Of a DNA stretch of 64,000 nt, positions 21,001 to 33,550 are shown one piece after another (position 1 is the first letter of the stretch; every line of letters starts with the position of its first letter). The DNA is from Babesia bigemina (taxonomy: Eukaryota): contig NC_027218.1 in NCBI RefSeq assembly GCF_000981445.1, forward strand, positions 2,170,001-2,234,000, given 5' to 3'. A model generated the notes under the pieces. The model had not been told where the DNA came from. It worked only from the letters and a program-made list of their open reading frames with translations, and did no database searches. The position numbers and the translations under genes were made by a program.

Positions 21001-23204
21001 GGGAGGAACAGTCTCACAAGTATGCCAAGGTGTTACTGAGCATGGTACCTATGACGCACAAAACGCTTACCAAGTTGATGATGAAGTGTGAGAGTGAGTG
21101 GAAAGCACTTCACATTAGTAAGTTGACAGCTGACGACAGGGACAACGCACTTGGCAACTACCTCACCCGGTGCGGGTACAGGGTGTCCAGTTCCGAAAGT
21201 GAGCAAGACGGCGAGTTGAACAACATGTTTACTGGCGGTGGGATTTACGAGTTGCTATTCACCCCAATTGAGGATGTGGCCATCGAAATGATGGTTGAAG
21301 GTCAGCCGGTTAAGAATGGAATTAACTTGGTCACCATCATGTCGCTGCTCTACAACACCGTGTGTCACTACTTCCAGGTGTGCCACCTACATGTTCCTCC
21401 AAATACACGATACCCTTGCACGGTCAGGGACATGCTGTCGTGGCTCTCCGGGCTGCAGTACACAGTGGTGGTAGACAAGCTGCCTGACCACTGCAAGGCT
21501 CTGCTCAATCTCCGATGCCAAGATGGCGATATCCCCAACAAGGACGATCCTGTCATGGCCAAGTGCATTGAAGGCTTGCCGCTCACCATCGCAGCAACAT
21601 GTTCACACTCCACTGCCCTGCTCACCGTTATCCAGGGCAACGGCCACGGCTTCGACCTGGCAGCCTACCCTTATTCGGTGGACTTCTCCAATAACCGTGC
21701 CATGCTCCACTACCCGGCTAACCCTGCCGAGCTGCTTGATATGCTACGTGATATAGCATGCCGCCTGTGTAGAGTGCTCTACTTCCTGTACTCCCAGTGC
21801 TGCCGCAGCACCGCCCGGGTCAGGGGGTGGCGGGAGTGCACGTACGGCCGGCAGGTGCAGTCACACAACTGGCAGTGTAATACATTTGGCAGGGACGCTA
21901 CCACTGCCAGTGCTACAACTACCAGCGCTACTGTCACTACTGCTGCAACAACTACCACTTCCACCACCACTCACGGCTGCCCGCCCACCTCGCCTCTACA
22001 GTCATTCCTCTCCGACAGTTGCCACGGACTACTGCCGCATACCCTCACCGCTGATAACATGGCCATCCACTGTGCCAACTGCACCGCCAACCAACCAGGT
22101 CAGCATTGTCTTACCCCGCTCGGGTTCTGGGACCTTGGCTTTGCCGCCTCCATAAGTGGCACCGGCTGGGATCTCGCCAAGCGCCTCGGCGATATGTGCC
22201 GTGACGCTGACTCATGCGTGTTTGTACTGTGTCGGACTCTGTTCTTGCTGTGCCCCGCTGCACCCTCATCACTCGCCGACGTGTTTGCATTGTATGCTCA
22301 GCTACTAAGAAAGTGGGACTCTCATGACCGTGTTAAGCACCGTGGCGGTACGTACACCGATGCCTCCAATTTCATATCGCACCTCAACACCGACGGCATC
22401 GACAGCCTCTTCCCACTGTGGGCACAGCTCCACGGCAGCTATGAAAATGGCAACCTCACCAGTGCCATCGCGTCGCTTGCTAATCATGACCACAGAAGCC
22501 ACGATGCGCTGTCCACTCTATTTCACGACTCCACCTGCCAGTCACCCGGTGGCTGCGCTCCCTACCTCCAACCCCTAGGACTCCACGCCCATCACACCTA
22601 CCCGCAGAAGCACGCCGGGAGATACATCACGTGGATAATGTACCTGGCATGGCAGTTATGGGAGTTGCTCTACAACCTACTCCACGCGCTAGGCAAGATC
22701 GACTGCACGGCCTCCGGGTGCGCCACATGCCCCTGCCAACCTGGAACTCACGGTGGGAAGGACACCTGCTACTGCCCGTCCATCGTCCAGTGCGCCGGAC
22801 CACTGCCCACTCTATACCGCTACGGATTCACGTATCGCAACTCAAATCTCCTGGTCAGCGATAATCGTGCCATTCGCTGCGGAGACCTCAACGCACAACT
22901 CAAAAAGGCGCTGCAATCCGGCCACTTCACCGAATTGTTCCGGCAAATCGACCAACTCATCTGGCACATCCGGATGCCTTTCTTCTACTGCTTCATCGCA
23001 CTGTGGACTCTCGTGGCGCTATACATACTTCACACTTCCCTGTACCGCATGGACATCTTACGCATCAGGTCACATCTCCTGACCACGAAGGCATCTCACC
23101 TCATCGATGTTAAGGCGCTACTCATCCCGAGCAGAAAAATGCTTTCACTCTACGACGCCAGTAACTTCGATGATGACCCCAACGAGCTGCTCAACTTAAC
23201 ATAA
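15077..23204 (+). pseudogene. 3' part of the giant ves1-like gene: coiled-coil repeats, Cys-rich domain, TM and tail
   Basis: 2707 open codons from a TTG, in frame with the 5' part after element removal (…INSVD-S-K-LGEWSKEARN…). Continues the same WIQDAE.IR repeat. Ends with PCTVRDMLSWLSGL, TM IRMPFFYCFIALWTLVALYIL and LYRMDILRIRSHLL…IDVKALL. Confidence 0.88.
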
Positions 23205-23340
23205 TAATTATCGCAGTTACATAGTACATTGTACATTGTGTTGTTTCATGTGATTTAGTGTGTCTTGTGATGCGTGGTAGACTGGTTGTGTATGATGGTT
23301 TCGCTCACTGCCACTGTGATCTCGTGTATACCCATGACAC

Positions 23341-23536
23341 TGACTTAGTGAGTGACTAACCACCTGACCTATACGTTTGGACCTAGTGAGTGACCTAAAC
23401 GATGGCCTAGTGAGTGGCCTTAGCGCTGACCTAGTGAGTGACCTAGCCGCTGACCTAATGCGTGACCTAGCCGCTGACCTAGTGCGTGATCTAGCCGCTG
23501 ACCTAGTAAGTGACTTAGTGACTGACCTAGCAGCTG
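23341..23536. repeat. 12-bp minisatellite (TGACCTAGNNNN), ~16 degenerate copies, partly alternating as a 24-bp unit
   Basis: Visible run tgacctagtgag/tgacctagccgc/tgacctaatgcg/tgacctagccgc/tgacctagtgcg…. Confidence 0.85.
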
Positions 23537-24244
23537 ATGTGATACTCAACCTCAACCTAAACCAAATTCGGTAGGTGCGGTGGGACGTAGGTTGCCTATT
23601 GCGGTGAGTTGTCCTTCACATGTAGGAGGCATCTGAGTCATCGCGGTGTGAAGCTGGCTGAGTTGTGACTCAGGTAGGCAGCTGCGGTAGCCGTGATAGG
23701 TGGTGGAGCAGTCGGATGCGTGGCTGGGATGGTACTAGCATCTGCGTCGATGGGACGCTCATGTGTTGCCTAGTTGAGTGGTATATGTGGACATGAATGT
23801 GGCGATTAGTAATGCCATATACGGGCATCTGGGCAACACACTCGAGCGTTATGGCACGGGTAGCGTGACGCCTGGAGCGGCGCTGCTGCGGTGTACAGGC
23901 TGCGCTCACTGGAGCTGCTGCAATTTGAAACATCGAGTGAATAATGATTATAATTGATTCGTAGGTGCTGATCACATGCGTCGCGTCAGGGCAGCTGTGG
24001 TATCCTGGGCAGCGTGGGTGTCGGTGGCCTGGGCTGGGGGGGATACAGGGGTGAGGGTACGTGCTGATGAGAGTACTGGTAGCAGCAGTGGCACGTGTTG
24101 CAGTTGGTGAGTGCTGCTTAGGTGATTGATATGTTTGCAGGCTGAGGGGACTGGGCGCGGCAGTGGTAGTGTTGCAGTTGGTGAGTGCGTTGCTGGGTGA
24201 TTGATATGTTTGCAGGTTGAGGGGACTGGGAGGGAGAGGGGAAG

Positions 24245-24793
24245 ATGGCGGGGATGTCATTATATCCTGGGAAGCAGTGCACGAGGTGTCATAATGAATG
24301 TAGATACTCTTACGTTTGTAATTGTTGTCCGTGGTGTTGTAAGATATGTAGAGATGATTATTGCGATGTATGTTTCGGATATGCGTTCAAGCGCCAAAGA
24401 AACAGAGATCCAAGTTACAAATGCGCTACTTTCAATTGTAAAATCAGATGTGCAGGCAACGAGTACACATGTGAATGTGAGTGTTGTAAAGAGAAAAAGC
24501 GACGTGGAGATGTCGTCGCTCCTCCTCCCCCCGCTCCACGCTCTACCTCTGATTCCTCCGATGCTCAGCCTCAAGCCGCCAAACTAGAGCTTTCCCCCCG
24601 TGACAAAGATCAGACTCAAGATCACGATTCTCCACCTTCCCCCCCTCCGTACTCCGCCATCGCCGCCGTCATCGTTGCCATCATCGTCGCCATCATCCTG
24701 CTCGACCTGTGCATCTTCCGCTTCCCGGTGGGCCGCAACATCCGCGATTTCCTCGTACGCAAGATACCCTTCTGCATCGCGTTCTACAGCTGA
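24245..24793 (+). CDS. Small Cys-rich protein with C-terminal TM, 182 aa, unknown function
   Basis: CxCCPWCC motif, CECECCKEKKRR, Pro-rich linker, hydrophobic IAAVIVAIIVAIILLDLCIF. Paralogs at 32734 and 36100. Confidence 0.75.
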   Translation: MAGMSLYPGKQCTRCHNECRYSYVCNCCPWCCKICRDDYCDVCFGYAFKRQRNRDPSYKCATFNCKIRCAGNEYTCECECCKEKKRRGDVVAPPPPAPRSTSDSSDAQPQAAKLELSPRDKDQTQDHDSPPSPPPYSAIAAVIVAIIVAIILLDLCIFRFPVGRNIRDFLVRKIPFCIAFYS

Positions 24794-25480
24794 TCTAAGG
24801 AATTTACTGGCACTGAAATTGTTCATCCAAATCCCACTGATCACCTAACTACCAACTGACATCTAATGTGCTAGACTACGTAAGCATTGCGTTGATGATC
24901 CATCTCATGAGCAGTGAGGTGACCAATGCCATAACCAACGTGGTGACCTATCACCTGAGCTAGTTACTGGCCGAGCAGCTGACATGGTGACTGCGCTATC
25001 TTCTGGACACTCATACAAAAAACTGCGAAATCTTTACATTTCATCGCTAAATTCTCCTGGTTAACGTCCCTCTCCAATCATGCTCCACCCTTACTCCAGC
25101 ATGGCTGCCTAGACTTGTCGCCCCCCCTCCTCAGGTGAGTGGTGTCTATAGGATTCGGCGATAGTTCATGGATTTTGCAATATCGATTAGGTGTGCTAAT
25201 GTTTCAGTATGATGCGTATTGGTGTTATTCAGCGTCTTACTTCATTGCCTTTCCACCCAGTGCACTTAGTTGTCCGCCATGCTGTATTAAGCAGTGTCAC
25301 CTTAGAGGTGTGATAACTCTGGTGTTTCGCAGTTCAGATAGTCCTGGAGGCTGGATGTGGATTTTTGTTAGGGGGGATTAAAGGTGTGATCAATAAAGTG
25401 TATCCCACTCCACATAGTCTTGAACGTTTGCCGTGGAGTTTGGCAGGTGTGGATTAGATGTCTAATTGTAAGAGATCAAA

Positions 25481-28400
25481 ATGACTACTATTCCGTTTCG
25501 CACTCTTAAGGAGTGCTTGGAGTTTTTGCAGTGGTTGATAAATGATAAACGAAATGATGTAAGAACCCGTCTGGCCGGTAGACTAAAACGGCTTATCGAA
25601 GGGAAGTATAAGAGCGTCAGTGCACAGCAAATTGAAAATGCGCTCTCCACCTTCCTAAATCACGTGTCACACTTCCATAAGAAGTTATGCCGAACTGCAG
25701 GTCAGAGCAAAATTAAGAGTATCACAGGAAGAGACGCCCTCGAAGCTCTCCTTCAGTGTATCCCCAAATTACTTTCCGTCATATACTTTTTGCAATATCA
25801 TGTGGATACAAGGTTTGCTAAAGTTGGCGGCGGGGATTGGGCAGGGCAAAATGTTGGAATGGTTGCAATGTACGCTAGATTTCCTCCAGCGGTGGCTGCA
25901 CGGTATGCATCTAGTGCCAGTAAAATTGACACCTATCTCATTACGACAGTTGATGGAAATCAGTATGGCGTCATCCCTGGTGGATTCGCTGCCGGTGAGT
26001 TAAAGGAAGTAGCCAGGGATGGTTATAATCAGGGTTCTCTTATGGTACCTGACCTTGTAAATATTTTCGACAAGGAACATATTCCCAATAATCTCTTCCG
26101 TGATGTATTCGTCACGTCAGTTGTGTTCAAAAATTCTGCCGATGAGATATCAAACGTCGCAAACGCTCTTCGGTTGGTGCAAGATTTTTGTGGGATATTT
26201 GGAAACTCAAAGAATGAACAAGAATTTAAAATGCATTTGGAAGACAGGGGTAAATGCATAAATTGGGAAGAATTGAAACAACAATGTGCCACACTGAAAA
26301 CGTCTTTAGGCAATATTTTCACCTTAAACCGATTTTCCTTTACCGGGTATGGGCGGACATATGAATTCCTCGACAAAACTATTGATAAAAGGATGGCACA
26401 GTGGCTTAAAAATAATTTGGAAACAATTAGAAGTAAATTGATAAGACTTCGATCGCAGACAGATTTTAATAAGTTTGTTACCACGAATCTCATCCCCTAT
26501 GGATTCACATTTAATGGCACCAACTTTAACACAAAAATGAAGCCGAAGATTGTGATGCAACAATGGGATGCTATAATCGGTGAGCTCAAGCAAGCAAATG
26601 AAGGTTTGCAGAAGTTGAGACAGATTTTGGTTGGGAGCATGTGTCCACAAAACAAACAAGATAAAGATGAAGACGATGGTGATGAAGATGTAGAGTCTGA
26701 AGATGAGTTCGGGGATGATGATGATGATGATGATGAAGTGTATGTAGATGAAGATTTGGATGATGAGGATGCTGTACGTGTATCCAAAACAGTGGAGCTA
26801 CCGCCTACCAAGGTTCCTGAAATTCCTAAGAAGCCAGTGACTGAAAAGCAATCTGAAGGAACTTCAAACCAGGGCAAGAAAGCTGAGGGAGCACAGAACC
26901 AGGGCAAGAAAGCTGAGGAAGGACAAGGTAAAGCGGGTGGTCAAAGTGACGGAAATGTTTCAAGTTCACCGGACAATGATGATACTAGTTTACAGCCTGC
27001 TGTCATTCTACAAGATGCGGCCACTCAGCCCTCAAGTGTTACAAGTCAAGACCCTCAGTCATCTGGTGACCCTGTTTCCAGTAGTGGTCCGGGACCGGTT
27101 GACCAGAGGTCTGCTTCTGAGCCTGCTCACGAAAGTGTTCATGAGGCTTCGAAACGTCCAGTCGGTGATACTGCGGCGCCCACTGGCACGCCTTCTGGTT
27201 CAGGTGGCGGAGGAACTCCAGTAGGGGGTGTTGAGCAGGATCCCGCTATGGTTGAAAAAAATTCTCCAACATGTTCTGGCGATACAATTGCATCTATAGA
27301 CATGTCTGGCAAACACTTCTGTCGGACTAAACCTACTACGTCTTATCGCAAGCTTCTGTCCGACGACGCCCATAATGCAATCAAACATGCCTATGAGAAA
27401 ACACTCTTAAAAAACGTACACGACGAACATAATATGAAAAATCACAATCATCGCATTATGCAATCCCAAAATCCTACCACTCCTCCAAATCGGCCCAGCC
27501 GTCCCGCTGCTTGGCCTTCCCGTCAGATCCCATTTTCTCCCCAGCCCCCCAGTGTCAGCCCTGTTAATCAGCGCCCGCAGCATGTTCCACAGGAAAGGTA
27601 TTCCAGGGATGGCGATGATATTGTCCTTGATGGAAAAGCCATAGAAGATCCATCCTACCAACAACGTGAAAAATTACGACGGCGAAATGCAGCCGAAGAA
27701 CGAAAAAGATTGTGGGATTCGGAATCCAAGCAGGAGGCCGAGAAATTAAGGCAACAAATGGAAAACCTTCTTCGCGATGAAACTCTACTTACGGAGACGC
27801 TGAAACAACAACCCACACAACCAAATTATGCAGAGGCTAGCGCGTTGCAGGAACATATTTTCAAAAATCGTTTATCACATAAGAGTCATGTCACAGGTCA
27901 TAAAATATCCAAACAGATATCGACATATCCGAAGCCCTTCCCACAGGATCACAAATTTCGTTCTATTTTGAATCGTGCATCACTGCCAAGCAATCGAAGT
28001 GTTGGTAACATTAGGACTCGGGGTATTCGACCGATCACAGGAAAAGTTGCACATTACCCCGAAATCACAGGCACCATTATAAACTCTCCTCCGGTTGGTA
28101 ATGCCCAAGTAAAATTAAATAATGGTAGAGTGCAGGGTCCAGACTTAATTCCTCAAACCAACCTTTCATCTCAGTCCGCAATCATTCCAGGAGTATATCT
28201 TGACCCTATTCCGTTGCCTAGTGACACAGCGTTGAAGTTACATAGACAGATTGAGACACAGAAAATTTCCCATGCTTGATAGACTGAGTCAAGGTAAGAG
28301 TGGCATTCCACCCCCCGATATGTGGATTGATAGGCCACGTAAGGTTCAGAGAAATGCGCAGATTGAAAATATCGATAACATCCCACAAGGGTTTTTTGAC

Positions 28401-29894
28401 CCAGCTTCCCCACCTCCTTCCACGTGGCCTGAAGACACAAACACGCATATCATAAGCGACCAGTGTCAAACGCCTACTTGGCCAGATGCATTGGATATTG
28501 TAAACGTAGAAGATTCGAAACATGACACAATTGATTTTATCATTCCAGAACATCCCGACATGGGCTCTATTCAGCAAGCTCGCGAACTTTCAGCGCCTGA
28601 GATTGGTATTGAAGTTGCGAGTAAATGGTCACCAGCTCCCGATTTTAAACCTAAAGATTTATCCTTAGTAATCCACCATGTTGATCGTCTTGGATCTCTG
28701 GAGTTGCCGCCGATTCCTCCCGAAGTTCTCGTCGAACGCGCAGACATTGATACGACCAAAGATGAAGACGATCCCAATAATTTCGACCTCCGCATCCACG
28801 TCCCAAAACCTACACTCCAAGACTCCATACATGACGTTGACTTTGATTACGAACCTCCACCTCCCTCAAACCTCCAACCCCTTGATCCAATAGGCCCATC
28901 CACTCCCGCCATCGATCTCAACATAGAACCGTTTGACGCTGCTCCTCATTCAATTACCGAAGACTTTGACCAGAAGACTATCAAACAACCGGACATTGAA
29001 TTATGCCTTGCTCCCTGGGCTACCTCAAAACCCGCGCATGACTCTACCGCCACCCCCGAGACGGAGCTGTTCCCCGCCGAGGCCCCTCGCACTTTCCGGG
29101 ATATGCTTCAGTGGCTGGCGGGGCTTAAGAACCAAAAGCATCATGGCACTCTCAGACAGTGTGTTGTAAAGGCATTTGGTGTTCCGCATAGTGACCCTTC
29201 ACAACTTGCAATATTCATCAACCATGCCAAAATCACACCCACAGATTTATTCGACATACTCCAACTTACCGCCATGTTTGCTGGATCCGTGCTCTTCGCC
29301 ATCGCACCTAACTGGAAAGCAAATGTGTCATCAAGCACTGTAAAGCCTAAGTCATCTGACCAATCCGAGGAGCCTGATTGCTGCGCCCTCCTATGCCAGC
29401 TGCGGGACTACGCCTACGCCTGCCACTACCAGTTGCAGTTCCTCAAGTCGCAGTGTAATAGGGACAAACTAAGTGGTGGTTGGCAGGATTGCCACTACGG
29501 CAGCGATATCACTTCTCCCAACTCCCCCCTCCAGGCGTTCCTGACCGACGGCTGGGACTCCACCTTCAAGACTCATCCCTTCGACCCGTGCAACTTCTGC
29601 CTCAAGAGCCGTATCAGGATGGGATTCAGGGATGGAGACTTACCGAGTAGTCAACAAACTGGCGCCACCCTTTCCACCATCCTCACTCCCAGCTGCGGCG
29701 GTGATGACCCCTTGCTGACCTTGTGCTCCTACCTCAATTGCCTCACCAGGCGGACGCCGCGCACCACCGGGGAGCTGGTGTCCTTCTTCCACCATTTCGG
29801 TATCGAGTTGAACGGGTATGCTTCAGAGTCCTTGTCTTCACTCGGCAATTCACTTTCCACTCCGTACGTCAACTGCGTTCATCTTGCTGTTTAA
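25481..29894 (+). pseudogene. ves-related gene (paralog of 831..5816), frameshifted near 28250-28280 and 3'-truncated
   Basis: N-terminal TLKECLEFLQWL as in the first gene. Two overlapping ORFs (25481-28279 and 28251-29894). The conserved C-terminal domain stops shortly after ELVSFFHHFGIEL, so there is no TM or tail. Confidence 0.75.
28906..29764 (+). repeat. ~860-bp direct repeat, copy 1 (copy 2 at 33637-34495)
   Basis: Constant offset of 4731. Translations are identical in three frames (e.g. ORFs 28933/33664 and 29141/33872). Confidence 0.9.
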
Positions 29895-30150
29895 GTGACT
29901 ATCGGCTCACATGGCCATTTTGTACCTGGTGATACATAGTGCCGCAGTGGCTATTGGATGTATTAGGTCATAGTATGTAGAAAACCTCATGAAGAAGCGC
30001 TAGCTGCATCGTACGGCCAAAAGGTATCTGTAGAACTGCAAATGGTTACATAGATTACAAACGTGTGAATTATAGGACGACGCAATCACATTAATACAGG
30101 ATGTGACATGGCAACAGTGAGACTATGTGGACTGGGTGAGGGCTATAGGA

Positions 30151-30372
30151 TTATTGGAGTTTAGGCTTGGAACCACGGAATTCATCACGTATTTGGCCGA
30201 ATATGGTGCCAAGACTGATATCATATTGTCTACCCATGATGTATAGAACCAAGACAAGGAGGGCCGAGAAACCAATGAAGCCGGCAACACCAATGGCAAT
30301 GCTGATGCCGGCGCACTTAGCTTTGTTAGTGCAACCGCTACTTCCACCACCACTACTACCACAGAAGCACAT
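30151..30372 (-). CDS. 73-aa single-TM microprotein (paralog of 40784..40993)
   Basis: MCFCGSS…GISIAIGVAGFIGFSALLVLVLYIMGRQYDISLGTIFGQIRDEFRGSKPKLQ. Frame and stop position are conserved with the paralog. Confidence 0.6.
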   Translation of the reverse strand: MCFCGSSGGGSSGCTNKAKCAGISIAIGVAGFIGFSALLVLVLYIMGRQYDISLGTIFGQIRDEFRGSKPKLQ

Positions 30373-32733
30373 TTTCTCCTCAACCGAATAAAAAAACCTG
30401 CACAACACCAAACAACGTACCTCACGCCTCTAACACCCTCACCAACTGACGATATAAAATGCTAATACCCCACCCCTCTGATGCCGTTTCTTTTGTGCTG
30501 GGGCAACCATGAATCTATACCTCCAAACGCTGCCATGACATGAATATCCAATCTCACAGCATGTGGCAAGGCGCATGCTGATAATCAAGTGGCACGTCCA
30601 TCCCAGCAGCCCAGCGACTCCCCTCCAGGCGTATAAGCTGAGACTAATCAATGAGTAACCCACTTGCAAAGCTTAAAGATTTAGATTATTAGCACTAATA
30701 CGCAGTGCTACGTTAACTCAATCTTCACACCGTGCCGGAAGACTCAAGAATTGATGCTAACCTTAAATAGTTCACGGGGCTACATTCACACTTGAAAGTG
30801 CCTTTCACTAACGTCGCTACACTCTGCATACCAGATATAATGCAATCCGTCCAGCTGCTTCTATCCCCTTTCGGTCAGGGCCTCCTAAGTGTTGAGGGGT
30901 GAGGCATATCGCTTCTCCCAAGCTTACCCTAATCCACCCTACCTCCTCCGGAAAACGGCATAGTCCCGGTAGTTGTATCCCTCATCTACTGTTAGAGGGC
31001 TAATCTGTCTTATGACCAGGCACATCTAGCTCCAGGTTACGGGCCACTGGTACGCTTGTTCCCAAGTCCATAACTTGCCCGTGCCCCGATAGCGTTGCCG
31101 TTGGTTTCTACCTCCATGACGGAGTGTACTGAGTTGGAGAGCTGGCTTCCGTGGTACGTCATGGTTAATCTCACTACCTGGCCTAGTCAATTCATCGTTC
31201 CATTGTCTTGATGGTGGGTCGATTCCGTTGTCCGGCCTCCCCGCTTTCTTTCCGTGCATAAGGCTATATCCACTCCTTCGGGGGCGTGTACGGAAAGGTG
31301 TGCTCTAAGCACATATATTGAAATTACATCTCCGTTGTTGTTCTATATTGTATTCTGTAGTGCCTCTAAACTTGCCGACGTATCCATCCACCCGAGGTCA
31401 CCTTGGCATGTGCACCTGTGCCGAGTCCCAATGCACATGACAGATAGGAACCTGATGTTGCTTGCGTCTGATATGCTCTGGTTCTGTGTTTTGAGCCACA
31501 AAATATGGTAGCTGATACGTCGTGGAGAATGGCACTCCGTACTGCCACCATGTCGACTGCTGCAGCATTGACGAACGTGGCGTAACAGCGGCAATTTGCG
31601 GCGCCATCCCCAGCTTTGTACGCTGTGATTAGGTGATACATTGCACCACTTAAACTGATGGTTGATCCAGTTGTTGAACTGGTCAATGAGAATTAATGAG
31701 TGGCTAAAGCCGACCAATGTGCCCAACACACATGCTACGGAACCATTGGGTTCGTTAATGAAATATGGCATAAATACACTGGTACCAGTATAATGTTTCT
31801 GAACTATGAGTTTTGGGGCATATAATCATGATCTAAGTCGAAAAATGCGGCAACCGTCTGGTGTAATCCACACCTCACTCAGCCGAAGCCGTCATTCACT
31901 TCACTAAGGCACTTCGATGCCAAGCGTAGAAATAAGTTGTAAGTGTGTCTTGACTAATTATCACAATGTACAGAATTGCCGACGCGGCATGCTCTCATTG
32001 ATCACTTAAGACCTAATGAAGGCAGTGAGTGACAGTGGATTGTGCAGCTGGGTGACCGGTCGGTAATCCAGATTGGAAACTGAGCAACTGCCGTGCTAGG
32101 TGAATCTGCGGTATACGTGTTAGGTGATTTGATGGTACGAGATAACGATTGGACCCGTGGATAGGCGACGGCTTAGGCTCTAATAGGCGAGATGGCCAGT
32201 GAACGGCTGCGTGACGTGATATGGATGCCAACGGTGTAAACAATAAACATATTAACGACGCTTTGTGGGTCAGCCATGAACTGCTCCGCAAGCAAACGTG
32301 ATGACATTCAGAATCGGCTTTCGCAATTTGGACAGTCCTTGATGGCTGGAGATGACTGCTCCACTGGCACAGGTTGACCTGCATGCTACGGCGAGGATGG
32401 TATCAACATGCTTTATCTTGGTTGCACTTCAGTTGTGATAGCTGCATAGTTTCGATGTAACCGGCGGTGCACTGGGTGGTCATCATCTTGCTGCTACCGT
32501 GGCGCCGATGAGGGATGGCCAGTGTCCTTGCTGCGGTGCGTGTTCATGAGTGGTTAATGAGTGCTTGCCGAGGTGCGTGTTCATGAGTGGTTGGTGAGTG
32601 CGTTGCTTGAGTGATTGATATGCTTGCAGGTTGAGGGGACTGGGACGGCAGTGGTATTGTTGCAGTTGGTGAGTGCGTTGCTTGAGTGATTGATATGTCT
32701 GCAGGTTGAGTGGACTGGGAGCGGGAGGGGAAG

Positions 32734-33147
32734 ATGAGTTGGGGGACTGACAATAAGTGTAGTAGCTCATGTACGCAGTTTGTGTGTAGCTGCTGTCCTT
32801 GGTGTTGTGTAGGGTGTAGGAGTAGTAGTAGGTGCAGTATATGTTCACAGCACTACCAAAATCGCCTGGATAGCAAGCTGTGTCATCCTTCGGGATGTGG
32901 TACCGCAAATTATCATACCTGTAGTAACAGCAGTTGTGAATGTAACTGTTGTGAGCGGAAACGCCGTCACCCGGGTTCCTCTTCTTCCCTCACAGCTCAG
33001 CTACAAACCGACACTCAACAGTCTACCACCACCCCCGTCCTCCCTTACATCATCGCCCCCGTCGCCCTCATCATCGTCGTCATCTGCGTCATGATCTACT
33101 TCCGCATCCGGCCGTTCCACAGGGTGCGGTATCTACTGCGCAGCTAA
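32734..33147 (+). CDS. Small Cys-rich protein with C-terminal TM, 137 aa
   Basis: VCSCCPWCCVGC, CECNCCERKRR, TM IIAPVALIIVVICVMIYF, then RIRPFHRVR. Same leader as 24245. Confidence 0.75.
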   Translation: MSWGTDNKCSSSCTQFVCSCCPWCCVGCRSSSRCSICSQHYQNRLDSKLCHPSGCGTANYHTCSNSSCECNCCERKRRHPGSSSSLTAQLQTDTQQSTTTPVLPYIIAPVALIIVVICVMIYFRIRPFHRVRYLLRS

Positions 33148-33440
33148 TCGCAATAACCTAACTGGCAACTGACATCTAATGTTGTAGACAGTCATGATTG
33201 CATTGATGATAAATCACATGAGCAGTGAGGTGACCATAACTCCGCCCCTTACATCATCGTCCTGGTCGCCCTCGTCATCATCGTCATCTGCGCCATGATC
33301 TACTTCCGCATCCGGCCGTTTCACAGGGTGCGGTATCTACTGCGCAGCTGATCACGATCACCTAACTGCCAACTGACATCTAATGTTCTGGACAGAGTAA
33401 TGTTGCGTCGACGATCAATCACATGAGCAGCGAGGTGATC
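33043..33440 (+). repeat. Tandem ~204-bp duplication of the TM-coding 3' end and trailer of the Cys-rich gene
   Basis: CCTTACATCATCG…CACATGAGCAG.GAGGTGA.C occurs from 33043 and again from 33247 with scattered substitutions. Confidence 0.85.
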
Positions 33441-33550
33441 AACCACCTGACCAAAGTGGTGAGCAAGCAACTGACCTAGTACATGACATATTGAGTGACC
33501 AAGTGGCTGCGTTAGTGACTGATTAAATGCAGAACTTAATACATTATTTA

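Noticed and set aside
9037..22502. Many 60-230 aa antisense or alternate-frame ORFs within the ves and RT genes
   Set aside because: Shadow ORFs expected from the codon bias of long coding sequences, with no recognisable motifs.
15081..23204. Independent gene, or Ebh/myosin-like protein
   Set aside because: It begins at a TTG that is an internal Leu of the interrupted gene. Any such similarity would be generic coiled coil, and the C-terminus is ves-type.
23341..24215. CRISPR-like array (12-bp and 75-bp repeats)
   Set aside because: Eukaryotic context, no unique spacers of suitable length and no cas genes. These are a minisatellite and duplicated mini-introns.
23217..24260. ORFs 23217-23555, 23377-23574 and 23670-24260
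   Set aside because: These are translations of the minisatellite, or antisense to the repeated leader, with no independent coding evidence.
30880..30950. Possible remnant of the ves promoter motif (GGGGTGAGGCATATC)
   Set aside because: The match is too short to separate from chance, and no ves start follows.
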